Source: Parasynechococcus marenigrum WH 8102
GTDB lineage: Bacteria > Cyanobacteriota > Cyanobacteriia > PCC-6307 > Cyanobiaceae
Reading direction: 5' to 3'
DNA: 32,000 nt
NCBI RefSeq assembly: GCF_000195975.1
Contig: NC_005070.1
Span: 300,001 to 332,000 of the forward strand
This document shows positions 16,738 through 25,612 of this stretch, piece by piece. Position 1 is the first letter of the stretch, and each line of letters starts with the position of its first letter. A model generated the notes under the pieces. That model was not told the origin of the DNA and ran no database searches. It saw nothing but the letters and a program-made list of their open reading frames with translations. The translations under genes were made by a program, and so were the position numbers.

Positions 16738-17526
16738 GTGATCCGCCCCGACGCCGAGCTGCTTCTCGACATCAACAACCTGCATGCCTCTGTTGAGGAT
16801 CAGCCCATTCTCAAAGGGGTGAACCTGCAGGTGCGGGCCGGTGAGATCCATGCGGTGATGGGCCGCAATGGCAGCGGCAAAAGCACCCTGTCCAAGGTGC
16901 TGGCTGGCCATCCCGCGTATCGGGTGACCGCTGGCACCGTGCGCTACCGCGGCTCCGATCTGTTTGAGCTGGAGCCGGAGGAGCGGGCTCGTCTCGGGGT
17001 GTTCCTCGGTTTTCAGTACCCGGTGGAGATTCCCGGAGTGAGCAACCTTGAGTTCCTGCGCGTGGCGGCCAACGCCCGCCGCAGCAAGCAGGGGTTGGAG
17101 GAACTCGACACCTTCGACTTTGAAGACCACGTTCAGCAGAAGCTCCAAGTGGTCCAGATGGACCCCGCCTTCCTGGAACGCAGCGTCAATGAAGGGTTTT
17201 CCGGTGGAGAGAAGAAGCGCAATGAGATTCTCCAGATGGCCCTGCTGGACCCCGTGGTGGCCATCCTCGATGAAACGGATTCCGGCCTGGACATCGATGC
17301 CCTGCGCATCGTGGCTGGCGGTGTGAACCAGTTGGCCACACCGGATAACGCCACGCTGCTGATCACCCACTATCAGCGTCTGCTCGATGAGATCACGCCC
17401 GATTACGTCCATGTGATGGCGGCCGGTCGCATCCTGCGCACCGGCAGTCGTGACCTGGCCCTCGAGCTGGAAAAGACCGGTTACGACTGGGTGGACAAGG
17501 AACTGGCAGCCCAGGGAGTGGCCTGA
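16738..17526 (+). CDS. sufC: Fe-S cluster assembly ATPase SufC
   Basis: Trimmed to GTG 16738 ((M)[18 protein letters not shown]..). Walker [10 protein letters not shown], signature FSGGEKKR, Walker [12 protein letters not shown]. Confidence 0.92.
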   Translation: MIRPDAELLLDINNLHASVEDQPILKGVNLQVRAGEIHAVMGRNGSGKSTLSKVLAGHPAYRVTAGTVRYRGSDLFELEPEERARLGVFLGFQYPVEIPGVSNLEFLRVAANARRSKQGLEELDTFDFEDHVQQKLQVVQMDPAFLERSVNEGFSGGEKKRNEILQMALLDPVVAILDETDSGLDIDALRIVAGGVNQLATPDNATLLITHYQRLLDEITPDYVHVMAAGRILRTGSRDLALELEKTGYDWVDKELAAQGVA

Positions 17527-17528
17527 CC

Positions 17529-18707
17529 ATGGAAAGCGCGGTGTTGGCACCGGTTCAGGAGCGCGGTCGGACCGCGTTGGAGCGGCTGGGTTTGCCGACC
17601 CGCCGCCAGGAGCCGTGGCGGCTCACGGACCTCAAACGCCTGGAGGCGTTGGCCAGGCTCCCCCTGAGTGCAGTTGTGGCGCCCCTTGCACTCCCCCCGG
17701 CCTCGGCAGGTGTACACCGGTTGGTGCTCGATGGTCAGGGTGACCCCCTCGACGGTGTTGCTCTGCCGGAGGGATTGAGTGTCCTCTCAGCGGTGGAACT
17801 GGAGCAGGCGTTGGGTCATACCCTGGATCGCTGCGGCTGTGCCGGTAGCTGGCCCGTGGAACTCAACCATGCCTCGGCGCGGCAGGTGTTGGCCCTACGG
17901 GTGCGTGGTGCGGTAGCTCCCTTGGAGCTGGTGCTGACCGGTGCTGCTGGTCTGACGGCCACCCGGATTGTGCTGCTGGTGGAGGAGAAGGCGAGCCTGG
18001 ATCTGCTGCAGGTGCTGCAGTCCGATGGGGCCTCGGCCCATAGCCATGTGCTGGAGGTGCACCTGGGCCAGGAAGCCCAGCTGCGCCACGGACTGCTGGC
18101 CACGGCTGACGGTCAGGCGTCATTGCTCGCCCATTTGGCGGTGGAGCAGGAGCCCCGCAGCCGTTATGCCTTCACCTCTGTGGTGCAGGGATGGGATCTG
18201 GCGCGGGTTGAGCCTCGGGTGGTGCAGGTGGATGGACAGGCCACCACAGAGCTCAAGGGTCTGGCGGTCAGTCAGGCGGATCAGCAGCTGGCCACCCACA
18301 CGGCTGTGCGTTTCGACGGACCGGAGGGGGAGCTGGATCAGCTGCAGAAATGCCTGGCCGGCGGTCGCTCCCATGCCATCTTCAACGGTGCCATTCAGGT
18401 GCCCCGGGACGCGCAGCGCACCAATGCGGCACAGCTGAGCCGCAATCTGCTGCTGTCCGAGCGGGCGCGGGTGGACACCAAGCCCGAGTTGGAGATCGTG
18501 GCCGACGATGTGCGTTGTGCCCATGGCGCCACGGTGAGTCAGCTGCAGGAAGACGAGCTGTTTTATCTGCAGAGTCGCGGGATCGCCGCCGCTGATGCTG
18601 CCGCTCTGTTGCTGCGGGGGGCCTGCCAGGAGGTGATCGAGCACCTGCCGGCCTCGGCGGAGGCCTGGGGGCCCCTGGAGCGGGTGATGGCGGGGTTGAG
18701 CCGATGA
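17529..18707 (+). CDS. sufD: Fe-S cluster assembly protein SufD
   Basis: Starts 2 nt after the sufC stop. The C-terminal SufB/D-fold region (..[23 protein letters not shown]..) is typical of SufD. Confidence 0.9.
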   Translation: MESAVLAPVQERGRTALERLGLPTRRQEPWRLTDLKRLEALARLPLSAVVAPLALPPASAGVHRLVLDGQGDPLDGVALPEGLSVLSAVELEQALGHTLDRCGCAGSWPVELNHASARQVLALRVRGAVAPLELVLTGAAGLTATRIVLLVEEKASLDLLQVLQSDGASAHSHVLEVHLGQEAQLRHGLLATADGQASLLAHLAVEQEPRSRYAFTSVVQGWDLARVEPRVVQVDGQATTELKGLAVSQADQQLATHTAVRFDGPEGELDQLQKCLAGGRSHAIFNGAIQVPRDAQRTNAAQLSRNLLLSERARVDTKPELEIVADDVRCAHGATVSQLQEDELFYLQSRGIAAADAAALLLRGACQEVIEHLPASAEAWGPLERVMAGLSR

Positions 18708-19984
18708 CAACAAGTTCTGCTGTGAAATATCGTGATGATATGGGTGTGCTATCTGATCGATATCGTGCCGATTTCCCGATCCTTGACCAGCGCGCGCCGG
18801 ATGGCCATCCGCTGATTTACCTCGATCACGCCGCCACCAGTCAGAAGCCGCGCCAGGTGTTGCAGGCCCTGGAGCAGTACTACGCCGCAGACAACGCCAA
18901 CGTTCATCGCGGTGCTCATCAGCTCAGTGCCCGGGCCACCGAATCCTTTGAAGCAGCCCGCACGGTGACGGCGGAGTTCGTGCGTGCCGCCAGCCCGCGC
19001 GAAATCGTGTTCACCCGTAACGCCAGCGAGGCGATCAATCTCGTCGCCCGCAGCTGGGGTGAAGCCAATCTGCGTGAGGGTGATGAGGTGCTGCTCACGC
19101 TGATGGAGCACCACAGCAATCTGGTGCCATGGCAGTTGCTGGCCCAGCGCACCGGCTGTGTTCTGCGCCATGTGGGAATCACGGAGGCCGGAGAGCTGGA
19201 TCTCGAAGACTTCCGCAGCAAGCTCACCGACCGCACCCGCTTAGTGAGCCTGGTGCACATCAGCAATGCCCTGGGTTGCTGCAATCCCCTGGACCAGGTG
19301 ATCCCCGCTGCCCATGCCGCTGGAGCCCTGGTGCTGGTGGATGCCTGCCAGAGCCTGGCTCACAAGCCAATTGATGTGGCTGGCCTCGACGTTGATTTTC
19401 TGGTGGGCTCCTCCCACAAGCTCTGCGGCCCAACGGGAATGGGCTTCCTTTGGGCGCGGGAAGCGCTGCTGGAGGCGATGCCACCGTTCCTGGGTGGCGG
19501 CGAGATGATTCAGGACGTGTTTCTCGACCACAGCACCTGGGCGGTACTGCCCCATAAGTTCGAGGCTGGCACCCCAGCCATCGGCGAAGCGGTGGGGATG
19601 GGCGCTGCGATTCGCTATCTGCAAGCCATCGGGCTGGAGGCGATTCAGGCCTGGGAAGCGCAGCTCACCCGCCACCTGTTCGGTCGGCTTCAGGCCATCG
19701 AGGGTGTACGGGTTCTGGGGCCCACGCCGGAGCAGCAGTCGGATCGCGGTGCGCTTGCCACCTTCCTGGTGGACGGCGTCCATGCCAACGACATCGCTGC
19801 CTTGATGGATGCCTCAGGGATCTGTATCCGCAGTGGCCACCACTGCTGTCAGCCCCTGCACCGCCATTACGGCGTGACGGCATCGGCCCGGGCCAGCCTC
19901 AGTTTCATCAGCACCTTTGAAGAAATCGATCGCTTCAGCGAGGAGTTGACGTCCACCATCGGCTTCCTGAGGGAGCACGGTTAA
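18704..19984 (+). CDS. sufS: Cysteine desulfurase SufS (class II aminotransferase-V fold); alternative start ATG 18740
   Basis: ATGA overlap with the sufD stop. ..RADFPIL.., ..YLDHAATSQKP.., ..NVHRG.., PLP-lysine region SSHKLCGPTGMG, catalytic RSGHHC. Confidence 0.92.
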   Translation: MTTSSAVKYRDDMGVLSDRYRADFPILDQRAPDGHPLIYLDHAATSQKPRQVLQALEQYYAADNANVHRGAHQLSARATESFEAARTVTAEFVRAASPREIVFTRNASEAINLVARSWGEANLREGDEVLLTLMEHHSNLVPWQLLAQRTGCVLRHVGITEAGELDLEDFRSKLTDRTRLVSLVHISNALGCCNPLDQVIPAAHAAGALVLVDACQSLAHKPIDVAGLDVDFLVGSSHKLCGPTGMGFLWAREALLEAMPPFLGGGEMIQDVFLDHSTWAVLPHKFEAGTPAIGEAVGMGAAIRYLQAIGLEAIQAWEAQLTRHLFGRLQAIEGVRVLGPTPEQQSDRGALATFLVDGVHANDIAALMDASGICIRSGHHCCQPLHRHYGVTASARASLSFISTFEEIDRFSEELTSTIGFLREHG

Positions 19985-20008
19985 CACGTTCACTGATGGT
20001 GACGTGTT
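19983..20008. terminator. Imperfect hairpin between convergent sufS and the S9 peptidase gene (possible bidirectional terminator; no clear U-tract)
   Basis: AACACGT(T)CAC .. GTG-ACGTGTT: a 7-bp outer stem (19983-19989 / 20002-20008) plus 3 inner pairs with one bulge, inside the 35-nt intergenic gap. Confidence 0.3.
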
Positions 20009-20019
20009 GGTTCTGACGT

Positions 20020-21942
20020 TCAGACCTGATTGCTTGTTCCAGAGCAGTTGAGGTGGGTTCTGAAAAATCGTTCCGTTTCTTCCAGCACTTGAATTTGGGT
20101 GGCCTGGTTGCGGAAGCCATGGCCTTCGTCGTCGAACAGCCTCACTTCCACCGGGATCCCATTGCGGCGCAGGGCATCCGCCATGCGTTGGGTTTGTTCC
20201 GGCGGCACCACCTTGTCCTGCAGGCCCTGGAAAAACAGCACAGGGCAGATGATCTGCTCGGCGTGAAGCAGGGGTGAGCGTTGCTCATAGCGCTCTCGCT
20301 CGGCGGGCCAATCGCCAACGAGGCTGTCCAGGTAACGGGCTTCAAAGCGGTGGGTGTCCTGTGCCATGGCTGTGAGATCACAGACGGCATAGCGGCAGGC
20401 GCCGGCGCGGAATACATCGCTGAAGCACAGGGCTGCCAGGGTGGTGAAACCACCGGCGCTGCCGCCTTCGATGGCGATCTGGTCGGGATGGGCGCGACCG
20501 GAGCTGATGAGGGCTTGGGCTGCGGCGGCGCAGTCCGCCACATCCACCACTCCCCAGCCGCCGTTCAGCCGTTCCCGGTAGGCCCGGCCAAAACCGGTGG
20601 ATCCGCCGTAGTTCACGTCCACCACGCCCCAACCGCGGCTGGTCCAGTACTGAATCGCCAGGCTGAGGCCACGGCGGGCCATGGCTGTCGGACCGCTGTG
20701 GCTTTTCACCAACAGCTGCGCCGGTGTTGGTGGTTGTCCCTGGGGCGGGTAATACCAGGCGTGGGTGCGTTGGCCGGCATGACCGGCGAACCAGATCGGC
20801 TCCGCCACGCTGATGTCGGCCTGGGCGATCGGCGTCTCCATCGCAGGGGTGTGGACCCAGGCGCATGGGGCCGTTGGAGACAGGGTCAGTTCCAGCAACC
20901 CGGCCATGGAGCTGCTGTTGCTGGCCACGGCCACGGCGCGACCGTTGAGGGCCCGCAGCCCGGCCAGGTCGTCGAAGGGTTGATCGATGTGGGTGACCGT
21001 GCCGTCCAGGCTCAGGCGTTGGAGCGACCAGCAGCCATCGCAACAGGTTGCAGCGAGCAGTTGTTCCCCATCCCAGGCTGTTGTGCTCATGCCGTAGATC
21101 CACTGCGGCAACGCGGTTTCCGCCGTCATCGGCCAAGGGTTCTCCCAGGTGGTGCTCCCCGGTCCACGTCGCTTCAGGTTCCACCAACCGTCGCTGTCTT
21201 CCGCCACCAGCAGCGATCCGTCCGGCAGCCACTGGGGCTGGAACACCGACACCCCTTCACCGCCAGCAATCGCACTCGCTTCAGTCAGTTCACCGGATGG
21301 GCTGAGATCGGCGCACCACAGTTCACTGCTCTGCCAGGGCATGGCCGGTTGCTGCCATTCCACCCAGGCCAGTTGCGTGCCATCCGCACTGAGACAGCCA
21401 TAGCCGGCGAAGTCTGCCGGCTGATATCGCAGCTTCGGCTCTTGTTGCGTTGCATCCAGGTCGGCGCTTACAAGTTGATCCACGCCATTGATCTCGCGAA
21501 TACCAAGCCAGCGGCGGCGCTTCAGATCCAGCAGGCCGTCCGCCAGCTGCCAGTCGCCATCGCGCGTCAGCTTCAGAGGCGCCATCAGCGGCTCAGGCCT
21601 GTTGTCCCCCAGCAGAGGGAGCCGCCAGTCCTGTCGCCACAGGGCTCCGTCTGCGATCCAGACAAGCAGCAACGTTTCGCCATCCATGCCGCTGCACAAC
21701 ACGCCGCCGCCGTAGTCGTGCACCCGGCTGCGCAGGCTGATCGGGGCAGGGGTGAGTTCCGTCGGACTCAGCTCCGCAGCGCCGAAGGGGCGGATCAGGG
21801 CCGTGGTGCGTCCTTTTTCCTGAGGGCGCTGTTCCAGCCAGATCAGCCAGATTCGCTGATCCGGCCCCTCGAGAAGCTGTGGCTCCTTGAGGCCAGGAAG
21901 CTTGCCGACGGCGATCGATGCCGGAAGTGGGGTCGGGGCCAT
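20020..21942 (-). CDS. S9 family (prolyl oligopeptidase / dipeptidyl aminopeptidase-like) serine peptidase with N-terminal beta-propeller
   Basis: Track ORF 20020..22059, trimmed to ATG 21942 so that it does not overlap def. Nucleophile elbow GGSAGGFT, ..DKVVPPEQ.., ..DEGHGF.. in the C-terminal alpha/beta-hydrolase domain. Confidence 0.85.
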   Translation of the reverse strand: MAPTPLPASIAVGKLPGLKEPQLLEGPDQRIWLIWLEQRPQEKGRTTALIRPFGAAELSPTELTPAPISLRSRVHDYGGGVLCSGMDGETLLLVWIADGALWRQDWRLPLLGDNRPEPLMAPLKLTRDGDWQLADGLLDLKRRRWLGIREINGVDQLVSADLDATQQEPKLRYQPADFAGYGCLSADGTQLAWVEWQQPAMPWQSSELWCADLSPSGELTEASAIAGGEGVSVFQPQWLPDGSLLVAEDSDGWWNLKRRGPGSTTWENPWPMTAETALPQWIYGMSTTAWDGEQLLAATCCDGCWSLQRLSLDGTVTHIDQPFDDLAGLRALNGRAVAVASNSSSMAGLLELTLSPTAPCAWVHTPAMETPIAQADISVAEPIWFAGHAGQRTHAWYYPPQGQPPTPAQLLVKSHSGPTAMARRGLSLAIQYWTSRGWGVVDVNYGGSTGFGRAYRERLNGGWGVVDVADCAAAAQALISSGRAHPDQIAIEGGSAGGFTTLAALCFSDVFRAGACRYAVCDLTAMAQDTHRFEARYLDSLVGDWPAERERYEQRSPLLHAEQIICPVLFFQGLQDKVVPPEQTQRMADALRRNGIPVEVRLFDDEGHGFRNQATQIQVLEETERFFRTHLNCSGTSNQV

Positions 21943-22045
21943 ACCAGCTGGATCAAGCCAATTACCATGCTGTATCAACGCTGGGGTGGTCTTGGCCGGG
22001 AGTTTTGCGCAGCTGGCCCGAGCGGCTGAACAGTCGCGGGACACG

Positions 22046-22597
22046 ATGTTGGTCCCCAAGACTGCTCTCGAGACCCCTCCTCTTGAGATTCACACCCTCG
22101 GAGCTGAGGTGTTGCGTCAGTCGGCCCGACGCATCGGCAAGGTGACGGAGCAGACCCGCGAGCTGGCTCGGGACATGCTCAGAAGCATGTACACAGCCAA
22201 GGGCATTGGGCTGGCGGCTCCGCAGGTGGGGATTCATCAGCAGCTGCTGGTGATTGACCTCGACCTGGAGAACGCTGCGACACCTCCGCTGGTGTTGATC
22301 AACCCTGAGATCAGTGCCGCCAGCGCCAGCATCGACACCTACGAGGAAGGTTGTCTCAGCATCCCCGGTGTCTACCTCGATGTGGTCAGGCCGACTGCCA
22401 TTGAGCTCAGCTTCCGCGATGAGATGGGACGGCCGAGAAAGATGAAGGCCGATGGTCTGATGGCCCGCTGCATCCAGCACGAGATGGATCATCTCAATGG
22501 TGTGTTGTTTGTGGATCGCGTCACCGATGAAGCCGGTCTTCAGAAGGAATTGAAGGATCATGGTTTCCAGCGCCAGCACGTTCAGAGCGTGTCCTGA
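22046..22597 (+). CDS. def: Peptide deformylase
   Basis: Trimmed to ATG 22046. Motifs GIGLAAPQ, EGCLS, HEMDHL. Confidence 0.93.
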   Translation: MLVPKTALETPPLEIHTLGAEVLRQSARRIGKVTEQTRELARDMLRSMYTAKGIGLAAPQVGIHQQLLVIDLDLENAATPPLVLINPEISAASASIDTYEEGCLSIPGVYLDVVRPTAIELSFRDEMGRPRKMKADGLMARCIQHEMDHLNGVLFVDRVTDEAGLQKELKDHGFQRQHVQSVS

Positions 22598-22600
22598 TCC

Positions 22601-22798
22601 ATGCCGATGAAGCCCCTGGCCGGATTGTTCCTGGCCCTCGCCTGTGTTCTCGGCATCGCCAGCACCGGTTGCGTGTTCGAGCTGGCCTACGGCGATCCCG
22701 ATCTTGGGGTCAGCACCACCAGCTGGATCCTGGCCTTGGCGGCCCCCGCCACCGTGGCAACCCTGATTGTTGCGATTCGCCTCAACAAACCGGCCTGA
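22601..22798 (+). CDS. Small (65-aa) two-TM membrane protein, hypothetical
   Basis: ATG lies 3 nt after the def stop. Two hydrophobic segments. Good GC3 bias. Confidence 0.5.
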   Translation: MPMKPLAGLFLALACVLGIASTGCVFELAYGDPDLGVSTTSWILALAAPATVATLIVAIRLNKPA

Positions 22799-22855
22799 TT
22801 GGGGGCGACTGACCGGCTCGGCACTTTTACGATCCGTCCAGCTCCGCTTCCGGCC

Positions 22856-23410
22856 GTGATCTCTCGCCTTCTGCCCGCTGCCGCCGGTCTTGCTCTTGGT
22901 ATGGCTGCCGTACCAGCAGCCCAGGCCCAGGGATCGCTGTTCACCGCTGTGCCTGTGGACACCAGCAAGTTCATCCTGGTGTCGGCACCGATCGGCAACG
23001 GCGAGCGCTCCCAGCTCAACATCTACGAGCAGCGGTCCGAGAAGCGACCCTGCTTCGCCGTCAGCGGCAGCTCACCCGCCACCGTCGATCCCTTGTTGTC
23101 GACCTTTGATTTCACCGGGATCTGCAACCGCTATATCGACGGCAACGGCTATTCCCTCCGTATCGGTGGCGATGACCTCGGCACCCGTTACCGCCTCACG
23201 GTGGTGAACACCGGCAGCGACATGGAGCTGCTGGCAGCACCGACCAGGGATCGCAGTCAACCCACCTTCCTGATTGCCAGCACCGGTGGTGCCGGCAGTG
23301 ACTTCCTCAAGTTCAACCTGGAGCCGGGCTGGACCCTGATGCGTCGTGCCTACGGCAAGAAGACCCTTGGCCACATTTACGTCTTCCGCGACAGCGCTCC
23401 AGCCCAGTGA
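22856..23410 (+). CDS. Secreted DUF3747-like protein (cyanobacterial)
   Basis: Track ORF 22799..23410, trimmed to GTG 22856, giving the signal peptide (M)ISRLLPAAAGLALGMAAVPAAQAQ. The body (..SKFILVSAPIGNGE..L.IYEQ.S.KRPCF..SG..P..VDPLL..FDFTGIC.R..D.NGYS.R..) matches my recollection of DUF3747. Confidence 0.6.
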   Translation: MISRLLPAAAGLALGMAAVPAAQAQGSLFTAVPVDTSKFILVSAPIGNGERSQLNIYEQRSEKRPCFAVSGSSPATVDPLLSTFDFTGICNRYIDGNGYSLRIGGDDLGTRYRLTVVNTGSDMELLAAPTRDRSQPTFLIASTGGAGSDFLKFNLEPGWTLMRRAYGKKTLGHIYVFRDSAPAQ

Positions 23411-23492
23411 TGGTTGGCGGCATCAGGTGTTTTCACCCGTTGCCGCATCGCGTCAGCGTTTCCACACTGAAGGCAGCGATCATGAGGATGCG

Positions 23493-23642
23493 ATGAAAGC
23501 CAAGCTGCTCCACTGGTTCCATTGGCTGGGTGAAGCGATGGTTCATGCCCTCGGTTCAGAGCAGGATCGTCACCTGCAGCCGCCGCCGATCGGACCTCAG
23601 CCCTATCGGGATGTGCCGAGTCAGTCGTTCAGGAATGACTGA
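23493..23642 (+). CDS. Possible 49-aa small protein (MKAKLLHWFHWLGEAMVHAL..PPPIGPQPYRD..)
   Basis: Internal ATG of track ORF 23346..23642, preceded by GAGGA (23484-23488). It sits in otherwise unassigned space between the DUF3747 gene and comM. Its last 14 nt overlap the convergent comM 3' end. Confidence 0.4.
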   Translation: MKAKLLHWFHWLGEAMVHALGSEQDRHLQPPPIGPQPYRDVPSQSFRND

Positions 23643-25173
23643 CATTGTTGTGATCCCTTGATCCCAACAGGTCGCTGCAGCGGTAGTGGCTGGCTTGCGC
23701 CACCGCGTCGGCGCTCGCCTCATTCTCTCCATTGAGGTCTGCCACGGTCCGCGCCACCCGCAGCAGCCGGATGCCACTGCGGGTGGACAGTCCCCGATGG
23801 GCCACCAGTCGCTCCCACAGCTGCAGTGCTGCTGCACCGAAGCCACTGCGATCCCCCAGAGCAGTCGCCGGCAGGTCACGGTTGCAGACCCCGCCAGGGT
23901 TGCGGTGCTGCATGCGTTGCCGGGCGGATGCAATCGTCTCCGGTTGCAGCCAAGGGTCGTCGCTTCTGCAGTTCCCGTTCAGGCAGCGGCGCATCTCCTG
24001 TGCGGGGCGCCGCTCCAGCCGCAGTTGCAGATCCAGCCGGTCCAGCAGCGGGCCGGACAACCGCTGCCAATACCGCTGACGTTGGCTGTGGCTGCAGCGA
24101 CAGCCGTGCTCTCGGTCGCCGTGCCATCCACAGGAGCAGGGGTTGGTGGCGGCCACCAAAGTGATGGCGGCTGGGAACGCCGTTTTCAGGCGAGCGCGGC
24201 TCAACCGGACCGTTCCTTCCTCCAGGGGCTGGCGCAGTTGATCCAGCACGGCCCGGGGGAATTCCGCCAGTTCGTCAAGGAACAGCACGCCGCCGTGGGC
24301 CAGGCTCAACTCCCCCGGCCTTGGATGACTGCCGCCCCCCAGCAGGGCCGCCGCTGAGCTGCTGTGGTGTGGTGCCCGGAAGGGGCGCTGCAGCTGGAGA
24401 TTCAGCGGATGCTCGAGCTGCCCCGCCACCGACTGGATGCGGATGATGGTGAGGGCTTCATCAGGGCTGAGCGGCGGCAACAGCGAAGGCAGTTGACGGG
24501 CCAGATGGGTCTTGCCGCAACCGGGTGGACCCACCATCAGCAGGTGATGACCGCCTGCGGCCGCCAGGGCCAGGCCCTGCCCCGCCAGCCCCTCGGCCTG
24601 AATCGAGGCAGGCTCATGCTGCTGCGACTCGGGTCGGGCCCGGCACACCCGCAGGCAGGGCCGTTCTCCTTTGAGCTGCTGCACCAGTTGCTGCAGGTCT
24701 GGGGCGGTGCGCACCACCAGGTCTGGAATCAGTGCCGCTTCATCGGCATTGCCCGGAGGTACCACCAGGGCCTGAGCTCCGTGGCGAGCGGCCAGCTCGG
24801 CGATGGCAATCACACCGCGGCATGGTCTGAGGCTGCCATCGAGCCCCAGTTCGCCGGCGCACCAGATGCCGTTCAGGCGAGGTCGATCCAGCTGGCCACT
24901 GGCGACGAGCAGTCCCAGGGCAATCGGTAGATCAAAGGCGGGCCTTCCCTTGCGTAGATCGGCGGGGGCCAGGTTGATCACCACCCGCACCAGCGGTCCG
25001 CGGAAGCCGGAGTTGCGCAGGGCGGATCGCACCCGTTCCCGGGATTCCTGGATGGCCTTGTCCGGCAACCCCACCAGTTGAATCCCCGGCAGTCCGGGTG
25101 CCAGGTCGACTTCAACGGTGACGGGATGGGCCTGCAGGCCCTGCAGCGATGCACTGAGACAACGTGCCAGCAT
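23629..25173 (-). CDS. comM: YifB/ComM family Mg-chelatase-like AAA+ ATPase
   Basis: 514 aa. N-terminus MLARCLSASLQGLQAHPVTVEVDLAPGLPGIQLVGLPD... Walker A GPPGCGKT, Walker B VLFLDELAEF, C-terminal Mg-chelatase subunit ChlI-like domain. Confidence 0.9.
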   Translation of the reverse strand: MLARCLSASLQGLQAHPVTVEVDLAPGLPGIQLVGLPDKAIQESRERVRSALRNSGFRGPLVRVVINLAPADLRKGRPAFDLPIALGLLVASGQLDRPRLNGIWCAGELGLDGSLRPCRGVIAIAELAARHGAQALVVPPGNADEAALIPDLVVRTAPDLQQLVQQLKGERPCLRVCRARPESQQHEPASIQAEGLAGQGLALAAAGGHHLLMVGPPGCGKTHLARQLPSLLPPLSPDEALTIIRIQSVAGQLEHPLNLQLQRPFRAPHHSSSAAALLGGGSHPRPGELSLAHGGVLFLDELAEFPRAVLDQLRQPLEEGTVRLSRARLKTAFPAAITLVAATNPCSCGWHGDREHGCRCSHSQRQRYWQRLSGPLLDRLDLQLRLERRPAQEMRRCLNGNCRSDDPWLQPETIASARQRMQHRNPGGVCNRDLPATALGDRSGFGAAALQLWERLVAHRGLSTRSGIRLLRVARTVADLNGENEASADAVAQASHYRCSDLLGSRDHNNVSHS

Positions 25174-25246
25174 TCAGGAAGAGTTGTGATGCATGGGGTT
25201 GATGCCCCGCCTGTCACATCAGCAGCCCCCTCCTGATCTTTTCGCC

Positions 25247-25588
25247 ATGGCGGACGACACGATCTTTGGAAAGATCCTCAGGGGGGACATTCCCTGCGAT
25301 GAGGTTTACAGCGACGATCGCTGCCTGGCCTTTCGCGACATCGCTCCCCAGGCCCCCGTGCATGTTTTGGTGATCCCCAGGCAGCCGATTGAAAGCCTGC
25401 GCAGCGCTGGTAGCGGCGATGAAGCGCTGTTGGGGCATCTGCTGCTGGTGGCGGCCCGGGTTGCGCGGCAGGAGGGTCTGGAGGATTTCCGCACTGTGAT
25501 CAACAGTGGCGCCGCCGCGGGGCAGACCGTGTTCCACCTGCATGTGCACGTGATCGGTGGCCGACCCCTGGATTGGCCGCCCGGTTGA
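25247..25588 (+). CDS. HIT (histidine triad) family nucleotide hydrolase
   Basis: Trimmed to ATG 25247 (MADDTIFGKILRGDIPCD..). Histidine triad HLHVHVIGG. Confidence 0.9.
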   Translation: MADDTIFGKILRGDIPCDEVYSDDRCLAFRDIAPQAPVHVLVIPRQPIESLRSAGSGDEALLGHLLLVAARVARQEGLEDFRTVINSGAAAGQTVFHLHVHVIGGRPLDWPPG

Positions 25589-25612
25589 GGTCAGCCTCGC
25601 CACAATGCACCC

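Noticed and set aside
15804-18713. Three long - strand ORFs (15804..16778, 16729..17550, 18120..18713)
   Set aside because: They are antisense to sufB, sufC and sufD, all of which are unambiguous on the + strand.
20281-22029. 582-aa ORF on the + strand
   Set aside because: It is antisense to the S9 peptidase, which carries GGSAGG and EGHGF motifs. The translation is Arg/Ala/Gly/Pro-rich with no recognisable motifs.
21887-22059. Overlapping N-terminal extensions of def (from 21887) and of the S9 peptidase (to 22059)
   Set aside because: Internal ATGs at 22046 (def) and 21942 (peptidase) give family-typical N-termini and a normal 103-nt divergent promoter region.
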